Shown here one piece after another: positions 8,427-16,672 of a stretch of 35,449 nucleotides of DNA. The first letter of the stretch is position 1. Every line of letters starts with the position of its first letter. Made by a program: the position numbers and the translations under genes. The DNA is from a virus. Taxonomy: Duplodnaviria; Caudoviricetes. The DNA is taken from IMG/VR virus record IMGVR_UViG_3300017766_002820, positions 1 through 35,449 of that record; one strand, 5' to 3'. Under the pieces are notes generated by a model. It saw nothing but the letters and a program-made list of their open reading frames with translations, did not search any database and was not told where the DNA came from.

Positions 8427-8460
8427 CCACGCCAGCCCAACATCACATCACACAAACATC

Positions 8461-8661
8461 ATGATCAGCCTAGTCTCTGTTGATGAGTACGGTGTAACCT
8501 ATGCCGTAGACACATTCCTATCAGTGCAAGACGCCAAAGATGCACTGTGGCAACTTGAATGTTACCTAGACGATGCACAAACTCCCGCACGTTACTACCA
8601 ACTGCAAGACGCAATCTCTGACCTACGCACACAAATAGCTGAACATGAAGACAATGACTAA
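8461..8661 (+). CDS. Hypothetical protein (66 aa)
   Basis: Internal ATG 8461 of ORF 8380..8661, after a C/A-rich UTR. Confidence 0.6.
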   Translation: MISLVSVDEYGVTYAVDTFLSVQDAKDALWQLECYLDDAQTPARYYQLQDAISDLRTQIAEHEDND

Positions 8662-8836
8662 GGCGCAAGCTGTATCCGAATTTCGTGAACTCTGGCGCGA
8701 TTCAGTTAGTTACGATCCCGCACTTCGAGGTGATCACGTCGCTAAACGTGAAGCCTTCAACAACTTCGTGGATCTACTCAACAAACAGCGTCAGGTAACT
8801 GACTACCAAGCACACAACTGGAGCAACCCTTTCTAA
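8654..8836 (+). CDS. Small conserved-looking cyanophage protein
   Basis: MTKAQAVSEFRE...AKREAFNNFVD...WSNPF. Confidence 0.65.
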   Translation: MTKAQAVSEFRELWRDSVSYDPALRGDHVAKREAFNNFVDLLNKQRQVTDYQAHNWSNPF

Positions 8837-8840
8837 CACC

Positions 8841-9017
8841 GTGGCAAACAACTTCCCTTACGACGTGTACGGACTCGACTCTTACTCACTGTCTTACCAC
8901 GCTCTAGCGCAGTTCAAACAGATTCTCCTAAAGGAAACTATGCCTGATGAGATCGTAGACGCAATCGAGGATCAGATCATCCCCGCTCTTGAACACATCC
9001 TCGCTCAAGACTACTGA
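8841..9017 (+). CDS. Hypothetical protein (58 aa)
   Basis: Hand-translated GTG-start ORF MANNFPYDVYGLDSYSLSYHALAQFKQILLKE...AQDY, below the track cutoff. Confidence 0.55.
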   Translation: MANNFPYDVYGLDSYSLSYHALAQFKQILLKETMPDEIVDAIEDQIIPALEHILAQDY

Positions 9018-9044
9018 CCTTTAACTAAACGAATCGACTGCCAA

Positions 9045-9224
9045 TCCAGCTAACCCGCCAAACAATGCGGGACGACTCTCAGGTTTATCAATACCTGTGG
9101 GGCTTAGCCCTGGAATCCCTGCGATGTAACCAGTCGCACCTAATGGGAACCGTCCGATAACACCTAGCGGACCTACATTCTCCTCAATGTATTTCGCTAA
9201 GAATTGTGCGGGGAAGTCTCCCAT
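9045..9224 (+). ncRNA. Candidate structured RNA with two multibranch domains
   Basis: Seven hairpins and two closing stems in a gap with no + strand ORF (details in findings). Confidence 0.5.
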
Positions 9225-9258
9225 CACCATTACCCTTTGAACTCATCTTAACAGAACC

Positions 9259-9606
9259 ATGCGTAAGATCGAATCACAGATGCTTCTCGCAATCCACTCA
9301 AAGAAAGATTGGAAGTCTGCCAACACGCAGGTCACTGTAACTTACTTCGCCCACGCTGATCGATTGATCGACCGCACAACTGTGTATCTACACGGCAGCC
9401 CGATTGCACAAATTAGCCCCGATACAGTTACAGTTTGCGACTGCGGCTACCAAACAACTACAACTAAGTCGAGGCTAAATGCTGTCTTGCGTGAACTGTG
9501 CGGCGCTGGTATTTATCAGAAGAATCACAAGTGGTTCGGCACAGCAATCGAAGAGGCTGATTGGGAGATCGAACCTAACAGCAGCCACTGTTTCGTCAGG
9601 GGCTAA
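9259..9606 (+). CDS. Conserved phage hypothetical protein (115 aa)
   Basis: MRKIE.QM, VYLHG..IA and G.QT.TTKSRLNA.L motifs, recalled as a widespread phage family. Confidence 0.8.
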   Translation: MRKIESQMLLAIHSKKDWKSANTQVTVTYFAHADRLIDRTTVYLHGSPIAQISPDTVTVCDCGYQTTTTKSRLNAVLRELCGAGIYQKNHKWFGTAIEEADWEIEPNSSHCFVRG

Positions 9607-9621
9607 ATCACTATCATCGCC

Positions 9622-9642
9622 CGCCTCAGCTTCGCTGGGGCG
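9622..9642. repeat. GC-TTC-GC intergenic hairpin, copy 2
   Basis: CGCCTCAGC-TTC-GCTGGGGCG with one T-G pair. Confidence 0.65.
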
Positions 9643-9679
9643 CCTTCATAGTGTACAATCAAATGCACACATTAACACC

Positions 9680-9928
9680 ATGAAACTTGTAAGCTGTCGC
9701 CACATCGACATTGCCAACCTCAAAGGTGCAATCGTAACTAACACAAACGGCGCCCAGTTTTACGTTCTTGGATTTGAGGTTGACGTAGAATCCCACACGA
9801 TCAACATTGTGATGCAACCAACCGACGGTAGCGGTCCCATAGGTTTACTGTGGGATCACATCAAAGACTGGACAATCGCACTGCAGCCAATACACTGGCT
9901 CAACGACATCCTCACCATCACCAAATGA
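9680..9928 (+). CDS. Hypothetical protein (82 aa)
   Basis: Internal ATG 9680 (MKLVSCRHID...) of ORF 9479..9928. Confidence 0.6.
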   Translation: MKLVSCRHIDIANLKGAIVTNTNGAQFYVLGFEVDVESHTINIVMQPTDGSGPIGLLWDHIKDWTIALQPIHWLNDILTITK

Positions 9929-10173
9929 AACGCGCAGAACTAATCGACCTGTACGCTGACATCACCGTACGATCAATGGATTACAGCGAGCTGGAAATGT
10001 TTGTGTACAACGCAATCGCAGAACAACTCGAAAAGACGGACAAAGACGATCTGATCGACAGGTTCTACAAAGACATTTGCATGAGCGACCCAAACGACCT
10101 GTGGGACATCGGACGAACAGTTCTAACTAAAGAGGAAGTCGAATCGTATTTGGCTTCGAAACAATGTAACTAA
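9925..10173 (+). CDS. Hypothetical protein (82 aa)
   Basis: ATGA overlap at 9925 (MKRAELIDLYAD...). Confidence 0.65.
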   Translation: MKRAELIDLYADITVRSMDYSELEMFVYNAIAEQLEKTDKDDLIDRFYKDICMSDPNDLWDIGRTVLTKEEVESYLASKQCN

Positions 10174-10179
10174 CCGGAT

Positions 10180-10199
10180 CCGCTTCGCGGGCCGCCGCA
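10180..10199. repeat. GC-TTC-GC intergenic hairpin, copy 3 (+GCCGCCGCA)
   Basis: CCGC-TTC-GCGG GCCGCCGCA. Confidence 0.7.
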
Positions 10200-10228
10200 C
10201 ACACTAACATCAACAACATCAACTCATC

Positions 10229-10546
10229 ATGAAACGTTTGCTGTTCTTGCTGCCTTTTGTCGCCCTCAATCCTCTCGAAGCTCGTACAGTTATAGCAACT
10301 GTTTATCACGAATGGTATCACAACAGAGTTACATACTGCGGTCAAACATACCAACATTGGGGCGTTAGTGCAGCGCACCCATGGTTACCTTGCGGCACAC
10401 GAGTTCGCGTAACTAACGGCAGTAGAACACTAACAGTTCCTATAACAGACAGGTGTGACTGTAACTCAATAGATTTGAGTGCAGGCGCTGCGTATCGCTT
10501 GGGTGTCCCTTTAGACGACATCCGCAAGGTACGAATCAGCTACTAA
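10229..10546 (+). CDS. RlpA-like double-psi beta-barrel protein (lytic transglycosylase family), secreted
   Basis: Signal peptide MKRLLFLLPFVAL; AAHPWLPCGTRVRVTN, V.ITDR and IDLS..AA..LG signature. Confidence 0.85.
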   Translation: MKRLLFLLPFVALNPLEARTVIATVYHEWYHNRVTYCGQTYQHWGVSAAHPWLPCGTRVRVTNGSRTLTVPITDRCDCNSIDLSAGAAYRLGVPLDDIRKVRISY

Positions 10547-10816
10547 TCAAACTCCCTTACAAGACACTCATAAACCACGCCTGCCGCAAAGCAACACATC
10601 AGCCAGGTGCTGAGATCAAATGGGAAACTATACATGGGTAAGTACAAATGCTTACCCCTTCAGTCTGTCTACCTTTCGTCTGTATGTCTCGTAGCCTAAG
10701 CAACACATCATGAACCCCGGACACATTCCCCTAAGCTCGAATCCTTGACACACTCCACTAAACCCTGTGGGGGTTAGCTGTCAGCCACGCTGCTACGGTA
10801 AAGGCTCCCTTCCACT

Positions 10817-10838
10817 CCGGCTTCGCCGGGCCGCCGCA
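10817..10838. repeat. GC-TTC-GC intergenic hairpin, copy 4 (+GCCGCCGCA)
   Basis: CCGGC-TTC-GCCGG GCCGCCGCA. Confidence 0.7.
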
Positions 10839-10847
10839 TTATTTACT

Positions 10848-11243
10848 ATGAAGTTCTCGACTGACAACCAACCACCCAGAGACATCACTAGATGTCCCAA
10901 ATGCGACAAACCCGCTTTCTACGTTCTTGAGACCCGCTCAAACAGAACGTACATAAGACGTAGAAAGCATTGTAAAGAGTGCATGTTTCGAGAAACCTTT
11001 TATGAGATATCACAAGACAGGTACCAGAAACTAGAAGCAGACTCTAAGGCACTCGCTAATCTTCTCACTCAACTACAAGAACTCGTAACAGGACGAGGGG
11101 AACAGTTAGAGCAAGTTAAAGTGCCCAGAAAGATAACAATTCCATGTGAGCGATGTGACTACGCGACGGATGGGAAGTGTTCCTTTGACTACCCCGAAGC
11201 GTTTACATCAGAAGCACACGATTGCTCTATGTTTACAGAGTAA
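10848..11243 (+). CDS. NrdR-like N-terminal zinc-ribbon protein with a second Cys cluster
   Basis: CPKC...VLETR...IRRRKHCKEC..RETFYE matches the NrdR Zn ribbon; no ATP-cone; C-terminal CERC..C..C; start ATG 10848. Confidence 0.7.
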   Translation: MKFSTDNQPPRDITRCPKCDKPAFYVLETRSNRTYIRRRKHCKECMFRETFYEISQDRYQKLEADSKALANLLTQLQELVTGRGEQLEQVKVPRKITIPCERCDYATDGKCSFDYPEAFTSEAHDCSMFTE

Positions 11244-11389
11244 CATAAGAACGCAAATCTGGTTAAGTGAGAGCTGTTTTACAGAAAGTTTTCATTACTA
11301 AGCGGTTCGATACGCTGTAACTACAGATTAAATAATGGTAAAGACGTTGAGCGGCGCTGTGATAAATTGATTCCGCTTTCCTTTATGCC

Positions 11390-11563
11390 ATGCGTAAGCA
11401 GGAACCCTCAGTCAAAGAGTTCGACATCTTCAGTAGCCACAAAGGGGCTTGGGGTTATCTGTGTACTGTTGAAGCAGACAGTCGCGACGATGCAAAACTA
11501 ATTGCGATGAAGGATCACGGCATCTTTCACCACAATCAGATCTCTGTTTACCCAAAGAAATAA
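11390..11563 (+). CDS. Hypothetical protein (57 aa)
   Basis: Hand-translated MRKQEPSVKEFDIFSSHKGAWGYLCTVEADSRDDAK...; TG-a-TAAATT extended -10 upstream. Confidence 0.55.
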   Translation: MRKQEPSVKEFDIFSSHKGAWGYLCTVEADSRDDAKLIAMKDHGIFHHNQISVYPKK

Positions 11564-11663
11564 TCTGTGTTAAATCCTGTACAGAGTGGTGGCTGTGTGC
11601 TACCATTCTGTGCAAGGCGGCACCGGCCTTTAACGTGGCGCACCCTTTCCACTCTGTATCACC

Positions 11664-12086
11664 ATGAACATCAAAACCTCTGATCTTGTCTGCCTCGGTG
11701 AACGTGCAGCTTCAACGTGGGATGAACGCGATCGTGCGCAGACTGCCTTGGATGTAGCCTTCGGCACTCCGTTCGAGGCTGCCAAAGACAATCTGCTTCG
11801 TGACATTACGATTGCAGAGTCTTCCGGTGTCGATCTTTCTATCTTCAGTGGCACCGACAGCCGCTTTAAGTTCCCTGATCTTCACACGAACATCGTTGTT
11901 CGTATCACCCGTAAACCCACGCCGCACACCAAGCTCGAAAAGCTCGCCGAAAAGGTAACGAAGCTTGAGCAGGAACTTAAAGTCGCCAAGATGCAACTGA
12001 AGCACACTGCAGAGCAGCTCGTGGCACAGCATGAGTGCGACGAGGTTACTGACAAAATCACCCTGGCCTTTACCCGTCTCAAGTGA
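11664..12086 (+). CDS. Hypothetical protein with coiled coil (140 aa)
   Basis: ORF track; TG-c-TACCAT extended -10 at ~11598-11606. Confidence 0.75.
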   Translation: MNIKTSDLVCLGERAASTWDERDRAQTALDVAFGTPFEAAKDNLLRDITIAESSGVDLSIFSGTDSRFKFPDLHTNIVVRITRKPTPHTKLEKLAEKVTKLEQELKVAKMQLKHTAEQLVAQHECDEVTDKITLAFTRLK

Positions 12087-12244
12087 TGCACAAGAACCTA
12101 GAGAACTTCGCCGTGTTTACCTTGGCGAGCATCATCACCGCCATTACCGCTTTCGGTGCATTTGGCATCAACCCCGGAGAAGCCCACCACTCTAAAGATT
12201 GCGAATCAACACAAAGTCTTGACGCTAAGTGCGCTAGACACTAA
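12086..12244 (+). CDS. Small membrane protein (52 aa)
   Basis: Hand-translated MHKNLENFAVFTLASIITAITAFGAFGIN...; TGATG overlap; one hydrophobic helix. Confidence 0.55.
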   Translation: MHKNLENFAVFTLASIITAITAFGAFGINPGEAHHSKDCESTQSLDAKCARH

Positions 12245-12267
12245 TTTGTGTCAGAGCTTGCGCTCCC

Positions 12268-12297
12268 ATCCCTTGTGTAACGCAAGGGATTTCTTCT
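12268..12297 (+). terminator. Probable intrinsic terminator
   Basis: ATCCCTTG-TGTAACG-CAAGGGAT followed by TTCTTCT. Confidence 0.55.
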
Positions 12298-12328
12298 ATC
12301 TCTCACATCACCACTTCTGTAACTAAAC

Positions 12329-13525
12329 GTGAACCACTACCTCCTGTCCTGCTCCATCTCTGCGGACGTTCGTCAATCAGTTCAAATCAAGTTTGACGAT
12401 CTCAAACTTCCACAGCAGGTTATCGACACACTCGAAGCCAACAACACAGTCAGCATCCGCCCTCATCTCTCAAACGCACTTAAGGGCAAACTTGATGCAC
12501 TTCGTTTGAAACAGCGCCAACTTTACGATGCTTTCTGCATTCATTATGGTGACGCTCATTTCGTAACTGCTTCCTACTTCCAAGAAGCAAACGAGATGAT
12601 TAAAGAGATCAAGCGAGACGCTGATGAACACAACGATGAACTAAAAGGCTTGTGGGAAAGCGAGTACACACGGTGGCAAGAGACAGCTAACGGTATCCTC
12701 CGCCCACTGTTTTCGGAAGACACAGAGTACTCGATTGCATTCGACGCCTACATGCGTTTCTTTCCCACGCGGGAGGAATACCGCAAACCGATTCGTGTCT
12801 CTGTGCTGGGTCCACTTCCTGTGTCTCTGCAGAAAGTCGACGCTCCTGTTGATGGAGACATTGATTCTGTACTCGCCTACGAGAACGCAATCAATACTCA
12901 GCAAGTTCTTGAAGCCGCCAAAGCGTCTGCTTCAGACAAAGCCCTGACTCTCGGCGCTCAACTGTTGGACGATCTTGATGTTCGCAGCGTCACTAAAATC
13001 GGACGTCAACAGACAGGATCAGATAAGAAGAGGGGAAGCTGGCAGATCACTGCAGAGAAACTAAAGCTCATCAGCGATAGTGTCCCGGCTTTTGGTGATC
13101 TCGCGTTGCTTGCAGATCGTTTACTGCAGTCCGGAAGTAGCTTGCAGTCCCCTGATCGCGGTGTACGCACTAAAGCAGTAGAAGACTTCTACGCTGTGCA
13201 AGAAGAGATTCGGACAGAACTCTCCAGCATCTGTAACGGACACGGTAACTCTCAGGGTTTAGAGAAACTTCAACAATCCTTGGCGCTGAGTTCACAGTAC
13301 AAATTGCTGTGCGAAAAGATCAAGAACGCAGAGAACACCAACTCTCTGAACTTGTTGGTTAAGGACGCCAACATGGAAATCGATATCTACGAGCAGCGGT
13401 CCAAACAGCTGAAGAAGCTTATCGCTCAACGGCGTGAGTTGATCCAGGCTGCTGGCGAGAACCTCGACGAACTTATCGATGACATCAATACCCAATCTGA
13501 ACAACAGATGGAAGCCGACTTCTAA
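12329..13525 (+). CDS. DUF3150-like helical protein (398 aa)
   Basis: Helix - short beta pair (CIHYGDAHFV) - long helix - FPTREEYR layout resembles DUF3150-type proteins; adjacent to AAA+/vWA genes. Confidence 0.5.
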   Translation: MNHYLLSCSISADVRQSVQIKFDDLKLPQQVIDTLEANNTVSIRPHLSNALKGKLDALRLKQRQLYDAFCIHYGDAHFVTASYFQEANEMIKEIKRDADEHNDELKGLWESEYTRWQETANGILRPLFSEDTEYSIAFDAYMRFFPTREEYRKPIRVSVLGPLPVSLQKVDAPVDGDIDSVLAYENAINTQQVLEAAKASASDKALTLGAQLLDDLDVRSVTKIGRQQTGSDKKRGSWQITAEKLKLISDSVPAFGDLALLADRLLQSGSSLQSPDRGVRTKAVEDFYAVQEEIRTELSSICNGHGNSQGLEKLQQSLALSSQYKLLCEKIKNAENTNSLNLLVKDANMEIDIYEQRSKQLKKLIAQRRELIQAAGENLDELIDDINTQSEQQMEADF

Positions 13526-13734
13526 TGGACAGGCGAGTGTATGTATTTAAAACACACGACGGTTATCTATCTGATGTAGACCACTACACACACGACGTTA
13601 CACGCGCTGTGTCATTCGTCGATATTGATGCGGCAGTAAGACGACTAGCGGCAGTCAGTGGAATGATCGCTAGTCAAGTCTCCATTGAAGAAGTCTCAAT
13701 TCCTTTCCCACTTCCCTACCCCAGACAATTCTGA
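13525..13734 (+). CDS. Hypothetical protein (69 aa)
   Basis: Translationally coupled on both sides (TAATG, TGATG). Confidence 0.65.
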   Translation: MDRRVYVFKTHDGYLSDVDHYTHDVTRAVSFVDIDAAVRRLAAVSGMIASQVSIEEVSIPFPLPYPRQF

Positions 13735-14921
13735 TGAACGACCAACTCTTCGGCAAACTTCAAAACTTCCGTGGTGCTCTGAATGCTGCCACGCTCGAAC
13801 GTGAGCATGTGATCGATGGTCTGCTCGCTTCCGTTATCTCTAAGCAAAACGCTTTCCTGCTCGGACCTCCGGGAACAGGTAAGAGTGATCTCGTTCGTGG
13901 CGTCTGCAAAGGTATCGCGGGCGCAAACTACTTCGGTTACCTGCTTACTCCTACAACAGACCCCAGTGAACTGTTCGGTCCTGTCGCGGTAACCAAGCTA
14001 CTGAGAGATGAGTACACACGGGACGTTTCGGGTTACTTGCCCTCAGCGCACATTGGATTCCTCGATGAGTTGTTTCGCAGCTCCTCTGCTATCCTCAACT
14101 CTCTCCTATCGCTACTTAACGAACGTACATTCAACAACGGCAACCAAGTCATAGAGACCCCGCTGCAGTCGATCATCGCTGCGACTAACAGCTGGCCTCA
14201 GGAAGAATCCCTGCAAGCTTTCGCAGATCGATTCTTGTTTCGTCCGACTGTCGAGATGCTGAAGAAACCGGTGTCTAAACGGACGCTGGATGAGTGGGCT
14301 TTGGGCATAGAGGATCGCCCACAGGTTGGCGAGTTTCTGACACTTTCGGAATTGAAAGAGATTCAGGAAGCTGCACGTAACGTAAAAGTCTCAGAAGACT
14401 TCCTGGATAAGTTTAACTCTGTGTGGCAGATGCTGTCACAAAGGAGTATCACAATCTCTGATCGTCGCCGAGTGCAGATCCTTAAGTTCCTGAGAGCATG
14501 GGCCTTAGTCCAAGGCGATGAGGAGCTTTACCCAGAGCACATGCACAACAGCCTTGTACACATTGTGTACAACGACTTAGAAGATCAAAGCACTATCATC
14601 GAAATCCTTGAGCAGGAGGTTCCCACGGCGGAGCGGTTGTTCGCAGACGCAAAGCGAGCTGCCAGCGGAATTATGACCGAGTTCTCTTCGCTGCGTACTC
14701 GCCAACAACAGAACAACATCGGTTCTCTCAACGACCTTGTTATTCACCTGCGGAAATATCACAAGGATATGAACACGGTCAGGGACAAAGTAGACGAGCT
14801 TTTGGATGGCTCTAGGATTCGGATGAGCGTTGCTGTCAGGTCGAAAGCCGTAAAGCTCTCTCAAAATTTACAGAACAACTGCGACACGATTGCTCAAGCT
14901 CTCAACGAAATTACTCACTAA
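13734..14921 (+). CDS. MoxR-family AAA+ ATPase, RavA-like
   Basis: ERE.VI, Walker A GPPGTGKS, ELFGP, Walker B FLDELF, SAILNSLL.LLNERTF.NG, AATN, A..DRF, SDRR. Confidence 0.9.
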   Translation: MNDQLFGKLQNFRGALNAATLEREHVIDGLLASVISKQNAFLLGPPGTGKSDLVRGVCKGIAGANYFGYLLTPTTDPSELFGPVAVTKLLRDEYTRDVSGYLPSAHIGFLDELFRSSSAILNSLLSLLNERTFNNGNQVIETPLQSIIAATNSWPQEESLQAFADRFLFRPTVEMLKKPVSKRTLDEWALGIEDRPQVGEFLTLSELKEIQEAARNVKVSEDFLDKFNSVWQMLSQRSITISDRRRVQILKFLRAWALVQGDEELYPEHMHNSLVHIVYNDLEDQSTIIEILEQEVPTAERLFADAKRAASGIMTEFSSLRTRQQQNNIGSLNDLVIHLRKYHKDMNTVRDKVDELLDGSRIRMSVAVRSKAVKLSQNLQNNCDTIAQALNEITH

Positions 14922-14923
14922 TC

Positions 14924-16474
14924 ATGAACCTCCAGAAGAACTCCGAGTTTGTTCGTCTTGTACATAACGAACCACTGACGCTCATTTGCTCAGCACTAGC
15001 AGACTTCCTTTGGGAAGACTTCATCCGGGACACAAAACCTAACGTTACGTATCTCGTTGATACATACAACATCAAACAACTCTCAAGGTTTGGTAAGGAA
15101 GTTTTTGAACGTCTGTACAGCGCTGACGAAGTTAAGTGGCTGATCAGCGACGAAGACTTCGAGGAGTACTTTCGTGCAGTCTGCGATGGCGACACAACGA
15201 CTACACCCAAGGGATACAAACCGGAGAATGCTCTCTGGTATTCAATCATGGGCGATTTGTCCCAAGCTGCTGCATGGCCCACGCTGCTTCAACGTTGCGT
15301 GGGTGAGCAGTTCAATGCAGGCAACAACTCTGTGCGGATTCTCAACGAGATCTCTAAGGTCATTGAGGACGCAATCGAGCAAAACGCGCTCGATGTACAG
15401 CTGCTGATCGGGTCTGGCGATCAGTTACAACAACTCCGCGACCAGTACAACAAAGCTGTACAAGACGGAGATAAGGCTGAAGCAAACGCAGCGAGAGCGC
15501 AAGGTAAAGAACTAGGACAGAGGATTCACAACGCTCTGCAGAATCTTAAATCTCAGGTTCAAGCTGAGGCAAACACAATCGTCGACAAAGTTCTAAGCGA
15601 GAGCGACGAACAGAATGAGGAGATGAGTAGCCTGTTCGGCTCAATGCCAGGTAACGGCAAAATGCTTAATGATTTACAGGAGAAACGTAATCTTGCAGCT
15701 CGTTTGAGCAGAAACAAGACACTCAAACAGATCGCTAAAAAGCTCGGTGCGCTGCGTCGGGTTTGGACTGAACGCAAACGTGCCAAGCCAGCCAAATCGA
15801 ACTACGAAGCAGTGACCGGCGCTAAGTTCAGCGACAGCGTGATCAACGCGTTTCCCACAGAGCTCGCTTTGGCGGGCTCGAAGGAGGGGCAAGCACTGTT
15901 TGCTCTGAAATACTCCCAGAAAACAATCCTCACAAAAGACTACACCGCGTCCAGAACAGACTTGGGTCGCGGCCCTGTGGTCATGTACGTCGACGTATCT
16001 GGGTCGATGCACGGAGAACTGGAGCTGTGGAGCAAGGCGATAGCCCTGGTTATCTCAGAGCAGGCACTGCTAGATAAACGTGCCGTCCAAATTCACCTGT
16101 TTGATACCGTCGTGGGAAACAGTGTGGAGATAAAAAGCGGAACACAAAACACGAAGGAGCTTATCGACTTCGTGGCGGGGTGGACACTAGGAGGTGGAAC
16201 GAGCTTCAACTCCGTGCTCTCCCACGTGGTCGGTCAAAAAGAGAACTTGAAAAATTCCGACATTCTTGTCCTGACCGATGGTAACTCTGAAGCCAGCCCC
16301 GCCTGGATTTCAAGGGTCGAGAGCTTAAAGAACGAAACCGGCGCACAGATTACGACTATTTGTCTGGATATGTCCGTTCCTGACGTGTGTAAGCAATTTA
16401 GTGACGAGACTTACTCTGTAGACACTTCGAATAACATCGACTCGATTGATGTTATTCAAAAGTGTATCCGTTAA
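14924..16474 (+). CDS. von Willebrand factor A domain protein, ViaA-like
   Basis: C-terminal vWA with MIDAS DVSGS, GGGTSF and LTDG; GPVV before MIDAS as in ViaA/CoxE-type proteins. Confidence 0.88.
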   Translation: MNLQKNSEFVRLVHNEPLTLICSALADFLWEDFIRDTKPNVTYLVDTYNIKQLSRFGKEVFERLYSADEVKWLISDEDFEEYFRAVCDGDTTTTPKGYKPENALWYSIMGDLSQAAAWPTLLQRCVGEQFNAGNNSVRILNEISKVIEDAIEQNALDVQLLIGSGDQLQQLRDQYNKAVQDGDKAEANAARAQGKELGQRIHNALQNLKSQVQAEANTIVDKVLSESDEQNEEMSSLFGSMPGNGKMLNDLQEKRNLAARLSRNKTLKQIAKKLGALRRVWTERKRAKPAKSNYEAVTGAKFSDSVINAFPTELALAGSKEGQALFALKYSQKTILTKDYTASRTDLGRGPVVMYVDVSGSMHGELELWSKAIALVISEQALLDKRAVQIHLFDTVVGNSVEIKSGTQNTKELIDFVAGWTLGGGTSFNSVLSHVVGQKENLKNSDILVLTDGNSEASPAWISRVESLKNETGAQITTICLDMSVPDVCKQFSDETYSVDTSNNIDSIDVIQKCIR

Positions 16475-16488
16475 CCTAAGTGCGTGCT

Positions 16489-16662
16489 ATGAGCGACGTA
16501 CTCAGGGAGTTGATCGACGAATATAAAGGTCGATCCCACAAAAACGAACGGGCGCAACCGAAACCCGAAAACCCTGGCGAATTCTTTTACGACAATTCGT
16601 CAGGGAAGCTGTACGTAGCGGGTCGGACGGGTCAAGGCGAATTAGCCTGGTTTGCCATCTGA
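16489..16662 (+). CDS. Hypothetical protein (57 aa)
   Basis: ORF track, ATG 16489; PGEFFYD..SGKLYV. Confidence 0.55.
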   Translation: MSDVLRELIDEYKGRSHKNERAQPKPENPGEFFYDNSSGKLYVAGRTGQGELAWFAI

Positions 16663-16672
16663 CGTAAACACC

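Noticed and set aside
9045-9114. Cloverleaf as a tRNA gene
   Set aside because: No TTCRA T-loop, no D-loop GG, no 7-bp acceptor stem or CCA end.
6084-12326. GTAACTAA copies as NtcA sites or CRISPR repeats
   Set aside because: Copies checked do not fit GTA-N8-TAC; they are too short and irregularly spaced for CRISPR, and no cas genes are present.
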